Origin: Phoronis australis
Taxonomy: Eukaryota; Animalia; Phoronida
Direction: 5' to 3'
Assembly: GCA_002633005.1 (NCBI GenBank)
Contig: NMRA01000021.1
Span: 1,293,629-1,357,628, forward strand
Length of the DNA: 64,000 nucleotides
Shown: positions 28,969 through 41,700 of the stretch, one piece after another
Layout: every line of letters starts with the position of its first letter
Numbering within the stretch: position 1 is the stretch's first letter
Translations under genes and position numbers: made by a program
The notes under the pieces: generated by a model
The model's database searches: none
What the model was told of the DNA's origin: nothing
What the model saw: the letters and a program-made list of their open reading frames with translations, nothing else

Positions 28969-31536
28969 TCACACCGCTACAAATGAACCACTGACGTCGC
29001 TGCGTCGTTTCTCACCTTCCTCGCAGGTTAACGCGACACCTCTCGGCAAGTTAGGGTCGACCGTATGCGACGCGATATGGATATAGACCTATTAAGACGG
29101 TAAAAAAGACTATTTAAATCGGGTGGCATTCTCATTTAAAGATGGTGATGTGCTAAGGTGTCGGTGCGTTGCTCGCGTCATATGAAATGCTGCAAAGAGC
29201 AATAAACGCGTGCGAGAAGAGTTTTTGAAAATTCACGAGATTCCATAACCATCGAAGGGCCACAGAAACGACTGGAAAAGATTGAGTTACACCGAAGACC
29301 TGTTATGATCACGCCGTGAATAATACGGTTACACGAAAGTCACGCATTTCTAAAGATATGTGTGACTTTTCACCGCTCGTCCTTCGGAGCGGCTTTTACC
29401 GGGATCAAAGAGAGCGCGGCGCCAGAGTCGTACTCAGTTGCGATGACCACATTGTCCGGTGCGAGCAAGACCCAATTAAATGTAATTACCCGACCATAAA
29501 CTGTAGTAACCACCTCTGGCTGTACATACTGGTGAAATTTCAAAATGCATTAACCAACAGTTTTCGTTAAAAACAAATACCACAGCTGTATTCAGATGGA
29601 AAATACAACCGAGTCTGGTTTCCGATTTTTAAAAATCGATGAACTATTAAGCAAAAAACTACAAACATTGGGTTCGATTGAAGATAAACAACTGTGCGTA
29701 TTGATATACTCAGTGATTTACAAACGCTGATCAGAGTTAACAATATCACGTGAATTATTCTTTTAATATACAACTAAGCTACATTGAAACATCTATAAAC
29801 AACACACAGTGACTATATTAGACATCAATAATTTTTAAAACATTGCATGGCCCGGTGCATGCCGAACCAGTTTACTCCAGGAGTAGTACACTAACCGTAA
29901 AACTGCTATTCGCGGAAATGCGCCAATTTCGATAGTTAGCTTGTAGTTGTATTGGAACACCTGTGAAGACAACTAAGATGTCTAGCTTTGTAGGCAACGA
30001 GAGAGTGCAAGCAGTGGATAAGATTGGTCGGTGGGCAAGCAAGTGATGACAGGAAACTGCAACCAAAATTGTCCAGAGGTTCCAAATCTTCAGTTTGGCT
30101 ATCAACACATTTGCACATTAATATATTTTATGATTTGAGAACTAATAAAGATTGAACTTGAGCTAATGGCACGCGGAGTTTTGTTTGCTGTGACACGTTT
30201 GGTGTAGCTGTAATCTGGAAAATTCAGGGATGGGTTCGCAATTATGAACTGACTTCTAAGTTGTTTTGATGCTTCGGTTAAACACAAAATAAAAAGACAG
30301 TAACCTTAACCGGTACGAAGAAAGCAAGTAGACAGGAGTATTAAAATAAAGTAATGAAAACAGGTATGAAACATATTTAAAACAAACGTTCCTTTGGGAA
30401 GTGGACCTTTGTCAAGATCAACCCAAATTAACTTTTTAGTCTATTTGTAATATTTAAAATGTTCTAATTTAAAACTGCTCTCCACATTGCAGGCTTTAAC
30501 TCTGTGCAAATGCCAGAGAAAAAAACAATTTGGGTGTAATAACGACCACCATTGTTAAGAAAGTAGTGCTAGCTATTGCCTTTCCTCTTCATTAGCTCAG
30601 ATCTACATCAATACAAAGGGCATGATGAATAGGGATCGTAAAACTTGTCTGGGGCTGACTCAGAGCGGTGACCAATGTAAGCGAGAAATTCTCCACATGA
30701 CCTACAGATTTAGGCCGCCTTGGGTGCCACGTCGGGCCTGCAGTTTGAATTCACTTGCCTATAGCAATCGGGGCTAAATTTAGACATAATTTAAGCAGTC
30801 CAGTGAATTTACAAGCTTCTATTATTAAGAATAATATGTTTTTAATGGAGAATAACATTTTTTTCAGTAGTGATTGCAAACGTTGCCTCATGCTTTTGTG
30901 TAAGTCGGAGTGAATCACCTTGCTTTCATATACCTGGCATCTAGTCAGTAATCAACACGTCAAATCATGGCCAACTATGTTCAGCACTGAACCCACTTTT
31001 CCCTGCTTACGCGGAGGTCGGGCTTGCACACACACAAGATCTCTTAATTGTGACCGTTATTTTCCTCTTACGGACGTACATACGATACCGTGTTAGCCCT
31101 ACTCACTTTTCCTCCGCCACAGACAGTCTTACACCCAGACCAACCCTGTTTTCAGTACATAACGCCGTGCCGGCGTGCAATGACGCAACGGTCCTGCTCA
31201 TGTAGGGTCACGAGACGGGGAATAATGTGGAGGAGTTCTCTGTTTGTGTTTACCTAAAAAAGGGTCATTTCACTGTATAAGATTAATTAAATTTGTTCAT
31301 AGTAATGTAACATGTGTATTAAAAGAAGTTACCTACTTTTGTATTAAAAGTAGTAGTGTATTAAAAGAAGTTACATATTCTACGTTGGTTCTCTTTCATT
31401 GAAAACTTGCTTTACTTTAACGACCAACAGTCCATCACCGCATCCTTTCCATTTGTCGTTATTAAACATTGTTGTTATTAATTGAAAGTGCTGAGGAAAA
31501 CTTGTCCCTAAATTAATAAAGGTGGCACAAAATGTA

Positions 31537-32037
31537 TACTTATATCATTCGTATAATGGGTATTATACTTACTTATCATTATGTATAATGGGTATTATAC
31601 TTATATCATTATGTATAATGGGTACTATACTTATATCATTACGTATAATGGGTATTATACTTATATCATTACGTATAATGGGTATTATACTTATATCATT
31701 ACGTATAATGGTATTATACTTACATCATTACGTATAATGGTTATTATACTTATATCATTACGTATAATGGGTATTATACTTATATCATTACGTATAATGG
31801 GTATTATACTTATATCATTATGTATAACGGGTATTATACTTATCATTCGTATAATGGGTATTATACTTATATCATTACGTATAATGGGTATTATACTTAT
31901 ATCATTACGTATAATGGGTATTATACTTATATCATTACGTATAATGGGTATTATACTTATATCATTACGTATAATGGGTATTATACTTATATCATTATGT
32001 ATAACGGGTATTATACTTATATCATTATGTACTATGG
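31537..32037. repeat. 30-bp minisatellite, about 16-17 copies
   Basis: Unit tacttatatcattacgtataatgggtatta. Confidence 0.95.
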
Positions 32038-33175
32038 GCATTAAAAACATCAATGAGATCGATTACAGTCCTGCCCAGATACATAGAATCATTTCCATGT
32101 ACCCCCCACACCCATTGCTATTGTTCACTTACCCTTCGCTCTTTCTTGAAAGCGAAGGCGCGGCTCACGACAGAGGTGCAACTCCAAGAATACAACTGCG
32201 TCAGTCGCCGGCTGCGCATGAAATTTTCTCCTGGCATGAAGTAATTTCTGCTGGCAAGAAATTTTCTCATGACGAGAAATTCTATGACCTGGTGTGATAA
32301 ATTTTCTGTCTTTTCTGTCCTAGCGTGATAACTTTTCGATCTTGACGTGATACATGTAAACTACGCGATAGTTATGCGTATATTTTTGGTCCTGCCGAGA
32401 ATTTAATTGTGTTCTAGAATTTTTTCCGCTTTGGCTTTCCATAGCTGCGATGGTAAGTTAAACAGGTGAAAACCTGGCCACTTCACCACACAGACTAGAC
32501 ATCAATGAACGCACAAGAATTCGACCAATACCAAATATGGCACATGACAAAACCATCCCTATCCGAACTGAAATGTGAGCATTGACACTAAGCTAAGGCT
32601 GTCTATTCGTGAGCGTCTTCTGTGTGAGTATCTAATGTAGATACAAGTACGCCAGTTTCAGCCGGATCTGCTATTATTGTGTCATACAGTCAGAGTACTA
32701 CTTTTATGAAACAAGACTGGACAAACTGAATCCCATAGCCATCGGCGGGTGACATTTTTACATTGAGATTTCCAATAAATGTGATGAAAGTCATCAGAAA
32801 GTTTCTTGCATTGGTACAGCGAGTGACGGTTTTACCATACATGGTCACTATCGACAGACGAGTTTATGTTTTCTCTCAGTCTCACGTCTTGCAAAGCATT
32901 CCGATAGTCAATACCCTCGCATTGTTTGTCTGAATTTGACGTCATTAAGTTGGTATACCCATCGGTAAAACAATTGGAATTCTTGCAGAAACTGCACCAC
33001 ACACAGGAAAAAAACACTTGCAGGCGGTCTGGTACACGTTCTATCAAACGTGCGCAGGCCGCGCATTTTGCCGGGTCCATTGCACTAATCACCTGTCACT
33101 AATTTTGTGATTTATTAATATATAGTTAAAACCGAGTTGAGGAGTTAGAAACGTGACTCAAGTGTCTAGCAGCAT

Positions 33176-33255
33176 AGCCCGGTGAGACTCGAACCCACGA
33201 CCAGTATCGAGCGGAGTAAAGAATTAGGCGGACACTTATCACACTAGGCCACAAT
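33176..33255 (-). mobile_element. tRNA-derived SINE head
   Basis: A box TGGCCTAGTGTG (33251-33240) and B box GGTTCGAGTC (33195-33186). Confidence 0.55.
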
Positions 33256-35585
33256 ACTGCCTCCTCAAAGAAACTGCACTAAATATGACAAGAGTCCACG
33301 GTTTCGTCCACCACCTTGAATATGTGAGTAAGTAAAGTAAACAAACCGATTGGACGGTAGAGCAAGGCCTGTTGAAACCAATATTTCTAGAAAAATGTCG
33401 ACTGGGTTGTCAAAGGTTTTTGTCCAGTATTTTCACGATTGTCAAATACTCATTCTTATCTGTTGAAAACATCTGAAGTTTGGAGCGAATTGTAAAAATG
33501 CCAACGTGCTATTCGGCAAAAATCCGTTAGGCTTTGAAAAATAAATCGTTGCAGGCGTATTTGCGTTTCGTTATCACCTCGATCCGGATATGGAACAGGA
33601 ATACCTGTCGTACCAGAAACAAAGACTGAGTTAACGTCTGTATAAGGAACACCTCGCGATTTGTAAAATAATTCTTAGGCTGCCGTTGCGCGGTAGACGA
33701 CGTCCGACAGAAACCAAGCACGACCACTGGCTGTGCAAATCCCAGAATCCGCTTCCCACGAAACCGGCTACATCGCGCATTGCTGCCAATTTTTTTCACA
33801 GGGGGTAACCACAAATATTGGATCAGCCAACGAAATTCCTTGTAAGTAGATGAGATGAGCTCAATTTTTCGATTGGCCAATGCCAATGAGAAATTCATGG
33901 GCGGCGCACCATAGGGGGCTGGGGGGCTATAGCCCTCCCCACTTTTTTTTGTCCTGCGCCGCCCACGGAAATGCACCAAAAAATCAACAGTAATGGTCTA
34001 AGTGAGAAATGCAGAAGCAACAACCAATAAGAGTAGTCAAACGCGTTTCCATTCAAAGGTTTGTTGATATTTCTGCTGCCGTAGTCTATTTCTTATTTCT
34101 GAAATGATTGATGGTATATCTATTTGAGAGAGGTAGTCGACGAGAAGACAGTATTAAGATAGTGGCCGTCAATTCAGGCAACTTTAAAAAATTTACCCAT
34201 TTTTTTAATTTTGGTCGTCCCATCGAACCAGTCTAAAATAAAATTCTGGCAATCCAAAAACGGACAAGACCGCCGCTATTTACACCCCTGCAGCCACCCA
34301 GACACCAAAACTTTGGATTTTTGTACCAATCTTCCGAAAACCAGTCCCCCTTTGACTTCACTGAGAGCGCATCCACGCTTAGGCTGACAACGAATCCACG
34401 GTTGTCGAACGTTTACGTTCTAGGTCATCGAAGCACTACTGCGCCTAAATTAGTCCGCTCTGTTAGATCCCACGGGAAGTCTTAAGCTAGTTTTATTTCT
34501 AAACGATGAATCCAGAACAAACACCCACACACTTACAATTAAAAAATGAAAAATTGTATGATGTTTTGCGAAGTTTGCTGAGGCTTATGTTTTTCGGGCG
34601 AATCACACAAAAACATTAATAAGCGCTGGGCTACCGCCTAAAGCCGGCGTGGTCAGGCCTCTATTTGTTACGGACGCAGAGTGACTCGTACACCACGTAG
34701 CAAGAAAATTCGAAATTGTACGACTACTATTATATTTTCGTCTTTCTAATATCATATAATGAAGAACTGAAACCCGATTCTTTTGGAGGAAAAAATTAAT
34801 GCCCAAGTACAGTCAGCACTGCTACTGAGGCGCATTTCACGCTTCAGTTACACGCATTACTGAGTATTATTTGATGTTGTCAGGGACAGTCAGGACTGGC
34901 CAACACATACCAATGAGATTACATACGTCGACGATCGGGCCTCGATCGCCGAAGGGCGATAGTGTTGGTCCTGTAATTGAGTTCAACGAATGACATTCAC
35001 GTGTGTATTGGCAGTTACTAAATGCGTCAACTATGGAAAGGTTTCATGAACTTATAGACTTGCACATGCACACGTTTAGGGTCACGCTCCTTTCTATAGG
35101 CCAACTCTGAGGGTGTCCCTAAAACATACCTAAACTTCAGTAAAACGCCATGAGTTCCAGTTCAATACCCTTAGATCAGACGTTGTGCCCAAGACCACAG
35201 TATGCTGCGAGCCGGCTTATCCACGTAAATCCGTAATTAAACAAAACCGAATTACTAAGTTTTGGAGAGTGAAAATTCATCCCAAAGTGTTGTTGGAAAC
35301 TCGCAACGCGCCACTAATTTTCCTCTCAAGTTAATAAACAATGCCTTCATTTTGAATTTCAACCGTCAGTAATCTTGAACCTACAGCAATAAACAAGGCA
35401 GTTATACAGGCAGCAGGAGCTCATTTTTGGGACACTCTGTATATGTCAATTTTGAATTAATTCACTTTTCAAAAACTCAAGTTTTACTGAAGAATTTTGT
35501 AAAAATAAGGCATATGTCAAGACACTAAGCCCGTGATTTCTTGAAGACTGTGATTCAGTTGTCATATGTACGGTCAACATACAAC

Positions 35586-35847
35586 CAGGGGTCCGTTTTA
35601 CGACAAGTGACTTACGACATCAGCCAGAAATTTGGTCTTACCCTCCACACAACTATTTCCAAAAAATAATCAAATATCACTTTAGCAAAAGTGCAGTCTC
35701 TGAGAATACACACATAGAGGTTGTTTCTAGACTGTGATTGGCACTCATAATTACTTGGGTGAATCTTTATTTTGCAATTGTGGAGTCGGAATATATGACT
35801 AAATATCTGCCATAAGTCTTGGTCACTTTACCTGAAACAGACCCCTG
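35586..35847. mobile_element. PIF/Harbinger-like MITE
   Basis: caggggtccgttt / aaacagacccctg inverted ends, with inner gtgacttacg / cataagtc..gtcac complementarity. Confidence 0.55.
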
Positions 35848-37685
35848 GGTCGGCTAGGGGTCTATATTCTGTAATTGAAACTAGGCCAGAGAAAAATGCA
35901 CCCCACAAACAGCGTGATTGGTTAAATTTCGAGTCTGCTTTATTAGATTAAACATTTGCCTCAGGACAATCATTACATTAGGTAACTGCATTTCTCAAGT
36001 GCCAGTGTCTATTTGCAACAGTATGAACAAAAAGGAATTACTGGTATAGAAAAGAAGTAATTTGGACAGGGGGAGCTCACCTGTCAGGCACAAATTATGA
36101 GCTCCCTGTCATCTCTGTCTTGCCTTCTTGTACTTGCTCTTAAGTTGAGTGGCGAAAAGAGAAGTTTGAAAAGCAGACTACAACTTTGATTACATTATCT
36201 CCCTTGTACAAATTTGAAAAAAAATTAATGGAACATCATCTCAGAAATGACTGATCGGATTCATAAAATTATGCTTTATGCACTGTTCTTCAACTGCTCT
36301 TCGGAATTGTTATTAAAATTTTCTCATTTATTTTGAATGAGGGACAAACAAAAACTAGAACTCTTATCATTTTCATGCAAACAGGACATGGTTTTAGCTT
36401 TCCTGTGTCTCCGTGGTTGTTTCAACACAGCAGGAAACTCCCAAGTTAAGACAGAAAACCCTCATTTCCAGCATTCAATGTATGACTAGAATCTGGACTA
36501 CAGTCAGACCTAGATTTAGCACAATATGAATTTGAAGTACAAGAAACACTTCACCAAGCACAAGTACACCCCCAACATAAACAACACACACGTGAATGAT
36601 CAAAGCATGAATCTCCATAACCTGGAACAATAGCTAATCTTTGAATACATTATACAAGGTCACAGGTCACACCCTACCTAGCAAATGACATACAGGACAA
36701 TGCTGCCATCTATCGACCAATTACCAATACGCTCAACACCCCCTTACATTTATGAAAAAACTCAAAAGTTGCATAAACGAAAAATGAAATTATAATTTAG
36801 AAACTTTATTAGGGTGAGGGGTCTAAACCAAAGGTTGTTTTTGTGAGGAAAGTGGTTTCATAGATGCTTTAAAATGCCACAGAAAACTTTCAAACGAGAA
36901 CTGATCTCCAAACTATACAAAGCCAGCGCACCAATCGTGTCCAAATTACTAAGAATTAATTAGTGTATTTCTAGTAAAAACAGGAACGCTTCTGTCATGT
37001 CACACTTCAGTGCCAGAGGGCTTGTACCCTGGTTTCTGCAATAAAAACAAAAACATGTACACAATAGGTTGACCAATGAATCGTCCTCACAATTTACAAC
37101 ATATTACATTTCTTCAGAAAAACAAATACCTAACTAATGGGAAACTTTCAAATAGCAACTTGGCAACTGGGCACGTGGAATTGAATATAAGTGACCTCTA
37201 GAGGACGAGGAGGCATTTTATAACTTTTTTTAAAAACACATTCCGCGTAATCACATACAATGTAAACGGGTCTTTTCACTAAGTCAAACTGTTCCCCTAT
37301 GCCACCCGCTGCTAAGACAAAGTTAACTTCTGGTTCAGCTAGGTGGCGATACGAGTCCCTCGGGATTTTGACGAAGTTTCCAAAAGGTTTTGCCCATGTC
37401 ATAAACCTGAGACTCGTGCAGGATTGGTTTTCTCACACGAACCGTAAAAACGATCTTTTTGGCAAAAAACTCGATGAGTCTAAAACTTTCAACCACATGA
37501 TACAACTTTTGTAAAAGCATGCTTGCGCTATGTCAAGTAAACCCAGTTACTTTTTGTTAATAATTTTATTTCAAACTTAACAATAATTATAAATTGCATT
37601 TAGTTTTCGTAACACACATTCAAGTTAGAATCTAATAAATACTCTTTGAAGTTGTAACATTATTTCAAACTTAACAGATATTTGT

Positions 37686-38415
37686 AAATAGTCAACAGAG
37701 CTGATAATGGCAAGGCTGTATCCTGACTGGCCTAGCAGGCAGTCTGGATACTCATTCCAAATAGTCAACAGAGCTGATAACGGCAAGGCTGTATCCTGAC
37801 TGGCCAAGCAGGCAGTCTGGATACTCATTCCAAATAGTCAACAGAGCTGATAACGGCAAGGCTGTATCCTGACTGGCCTAGCATGCAGTCTGGATACTCA
37901 TTCCAAATAGTCAACAGAGCTGATAATAGCAAGGCTGTATCCTGACTGGCCTAGCATGCAGTCTGGATACTCATTCCAAATAGTCAACAGAGCTGATAAC
38001 GGCAAGGCTGTATCCTGACTGGCCTAGCATGCAGTCTGGATACTCATTCCAAATAGTCAACAGAGCTGATAATGGCAAGGCTGTATCCTGATTGGCCTAG
38101 CATGCAGTCTGGATACTCATTCCAAATAGTCAACAGAGCTGATAATGGCAAGGCTGTATCCTGACTGGCCTAACATGCAGTCTGGATACTCATTCCAAAT
38201 AGTCAACAGAGCTGATAATGGCAAGGCTGTATCCTGACTGGCCTAGCATGCAGTCTGGATACTCATTCCAAATAGTCAACAGAGCAGATAATGGCAAGGC
38301 TGTATCCTGACTGGCCTAGCATGCAGTCTGGATACTCATTCCAAATAGTCAACAGAGCTGATAATGGCAAGGCTGTATCCTGATTGGCCTAGCATGCAGT
38401 CTGGATACTCATTCC
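37686..38415. repeat. 73-bp tandem repeat, exactly 10 copies, each with an internal hairpin
   Basis: Unit aaatagtcaacagagctgataatggcaaggctgtatcctgactggcctagcatgcagtctggatactcattcc, starting at 37686, 37759 ... 38343. Confidence 0.97.
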
Positions 38416-38799
38416 ACAGCGAGGGTGCGTAACGATTTCCTGTTCCCAAATTGTTACTAACTGCCAAACAGCTGTGTGTCAAATGTTTGCTATTTTTGAA
38501 AGTGCATCTGAGCAACCATTATGGTTCTGTGAATCATCTGTTGCAGCATATAAAGCTCCATTTTGCCATGTTTCATTGCTTAAAAAAGTCCAAAAACTGA
38601 ATAAGATCTTTTACTTTCATAAAATCATACTCCTGATAGTCATTCCTGTGATGAAATTTCATTTCTGTTACTAACTCAAGTCACAGCCAATGCGTACGTG
38701 TGCCATTTTTCAATTTGTTCTGCAATTTTAGTGTTAGTCATCCCCAATAAATTCTGAAACCTTTTCTTGGGTTGCCGATGGTTTCAATATTCTTGTTCA

Positions 38800-41700
38800 T
38801 TATGGAAATGGAATCCTGTCAAAGTCAGGAGTACTATGCAACTGATTTAATGAGAGTAAAATTGCCAATTCGAAATTTGTCTTTAGTTAGCTTAACACGG
38901 TGAAATAAAAATATCAACTTCACAGAAATAAACTCTACTTACCAAATGTTCAGGTCTGTTGTCCTTCTTTATGTTCTTCTGTTTGCTTCTCGTCTTTTTT
39001 CTTTTCCTTTTCCGTCCACGGCTAGCAGACGACGTTTCCTGAAATCAGAAGCATCGTCTAAAGAAATGGAAAATGTTAATAGGTGCTCATACAAGCACCC
39101 CGCACAAGAACAGCAGCCAGGAAGAGGACTCGTTACCACAGTAGGTGTCCACTGTCATGAAGCAGACGGGCATTGTCACTGACAGCAGTTGCTTTAAGCA
39201 TTTAATTTATCATTTCCTTACATACTGTCTTTCTTTTGTCACAAGCATGTCCAATAATTTACTTGCATTTTTCTCACTAACTGCAGGTTAGAACTGCGGT
39301 ATGTGAGAAAAGAATTACCACAGTAATTTTTAGAATACACAAGACAAACTTTGAAAGAACTATGCCAAACTTGGACAAATTTATTGCCAGAAGTTTTTGG
39401 CAGTTTAGTCGAATTTTTGTCGCACTGAAGATTTATTGAAATTTTAATGAGAGGTTTAATGAGACATTACTGTGTCTAGCCCCTAATTGTTTCTAGAGCA
39501 TATACGTGCAAAACTAAGTTATTACAATTTCATCAAAACGAGGGTAGTAACACCTTTTGAGATCTTGTCAAAATTTAACCAGAACTGAAATGGGTTCTAG
39601 TCAAAAAGAATGGAGATTCAATAATTGCAGTTTTGTGCATTGAAACTTCATCAAATTCCATAGTTCACTTTATTTCAATAACCACTGTATTTCCCTGAAA
39701 AAGAACTTTCATTCGACGAAAAGAACGCCATTTGTAATAGAGTGTCCATGCCAATCTCTCTGCCACATTAGTCAGCACCAATATCGTTTTTCAAATTCAA
39801 GAAGTACAATGCTGAAAACAATGGAGATGCTTTAACTAAACCAGGGATAATTTTAGGAATGTGCTCAGCATCACTGGGACAAAAATAATTTCATTAAGAG
39901 ACTGTGATTGTTTAAATAGGCCAAAGGGCCCATAAAAATTGGAAGTGAAAAAGGACAAGAAACCAACATGGCCCATAGCTCCTGCAAATTGCCCCAAACA
40001 CCTAAGTCTGTGAGAGTCAATTCACGCATACCCACATCTTTTCTGATCCCCGATAAATTCATGTAATGACAAAAAACATTGATACAAGAACATACAGTGG
40101 GATAACGATCATAAGGGATTGGTTCACAAAAAGTGTGTCATACATTCACGGCCATTATGACTCGTGCTGAAACATGCAATCAAGCCAGTAGACAAAACTT
40201 GCAAATTTTGATCAAATTATGCCCATTCTTAACATGTCTCTAATGTTATAAAGAATTGTTACTTGTAATTTATGACAGACCTAAACCAGACTTATAACCA
40301 GAAAAGGTCATAAAAAGTTCTTTTAGGTAAACAAACCATGTTTTTGACGTAGCAGTAACTGACTGATTTCTGACCAATCATGCAAGTCTAAAGACAGTTA
40401 CAACTCTAGACATCATGTACTTGGCAAGCATGACACGACACAACCACAGCTCACTGGATTCCTCATTTATTTTCAACCAGAAGTGACTTCTGATTTTCAA
40501 AAACCTCAGTTCATCGGTCGGCTTACTTTTAAACTTGACTTTTCTTCACTTTCATTGACTGCTGTCTCATTGTCTTCTGTTTTCACATCTGCTTCTATGT
40601 TCACGTCTGCTTCAATGCTCTTGTCTGCTTCTATGTTCCTGTCCGCTTTCCGACTTTTTTTAACATCTTTTTGATTGCTGTGCTCACTGCAATCTATGGT
40701 ACGACCCTCAAGATGAGATGACACACTCTTGTTTCCTGGTAAAATGACTGAATTTCTAATGTTTTTGCCACTTGGTTTGCTGCAACAGTCTTTAGATTGA
40801 CTTCCACTTACACAAGAAGATGGCACCTTTTCGTTCTGAGGATGAGCAAAACCTTCACCCATCTTGGATGTCCTATAAAATCAAATATTTAATACTTGAA
40901 ATAAGCTGATTAATTAATGGAGATTTAATTTTGGTGTTGGGTTGGTGTTTACAGTATATGCCAAAATAAACAAATAGAAAGATCAGGAATTCCGTCACAA
41001 CATCCGAGCGCAAACAAAATTTGACATCATGACAGCCGAGTGCAACCACAATGTACCCCAGAGTCATTGGAATGAACCGTCTTGACGAGCTTTCATGACA
41101 GTCACTATCCAATATGATGGCAAACAGATGTTTGTCTGTCGATAACTTTTGACACCTACTGTGCAAGACTTTCAAATTTCATATTCCCACATCATTTCAC
41201 AAAAAATGCAACAAAAGGACATCCAGGAGAATCGTGAAAACTGACAACGCAAAAGACTCAGCACAGCCAAACCCTCGAGTACCTTCAGAATGATATTAAC
41301 TTTCATCTATCAATAGCCAAACACATTTACTGTCGCTATGACATCACTGGTTGCATGAAGCTACAGAGACATCCAATCACTCCTGACAACAATTTATGAC
41401 ACGCTATTAAGATACAGCAGTGAAATTTTTCTTCTCAGTATGTAAAACCAAATCAATATTATCCATGTTCAAATTCCGTAACATACCCAATGTCAGACAA
41501 TATTTTAAGAAGTTTTGTAGATTTACAACAGGTTTAAGAGACCTTAAAAATGTGACAGCAGGACGATTTTGGCAGTTATTTTTGCCTGAAATGTGAGATT
41601 TTACTGACTATATTCTCTTACGAGGTTTGTTCCAGTTTAGCAAGCTGTCTCCGAAGTCGTTTTCGAGCATTCTTAGTAGTCAAAGGGTCTGACAACTTCT

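Larger units (their letters stand above)
27419..29135. mobile_element. Internally deleted Kolobok-like DNA transposon
   Basis: TTAA at 27415-27418 and 29136-29139; imperfect TIRs aggagcgtgccaccc / gggtggcattctcat; contains THAP (minus) and KolX-like (plus) remnants. Confidence 0.7.

Noticed and set aside
31522-32297. 238-aa and overlapping repetitive ORFs
   Set aside because: Artefacts of a 30-bp (in-frame) minisatellite that is open in several frames on both strands.
37686-38415. CRISPR array or tandem hammerhead/SECIS
   Set aside because: Units are contiguous with no unique spacers and there are no cas genes. CTGATAA is not CUGANGA and has no GAAA partner. The minus-strand ATGA-stem lacks the GA quartet partner and apical AA.
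39211-39280. Extra exon (SEKNASKLLDMLVTKERQY) of the uncharacterised gene
   Set aside because: It needs a phase-1 upstream donor, whereas the exons ending at 40527 and starting at 39038 join directly in phase 0.
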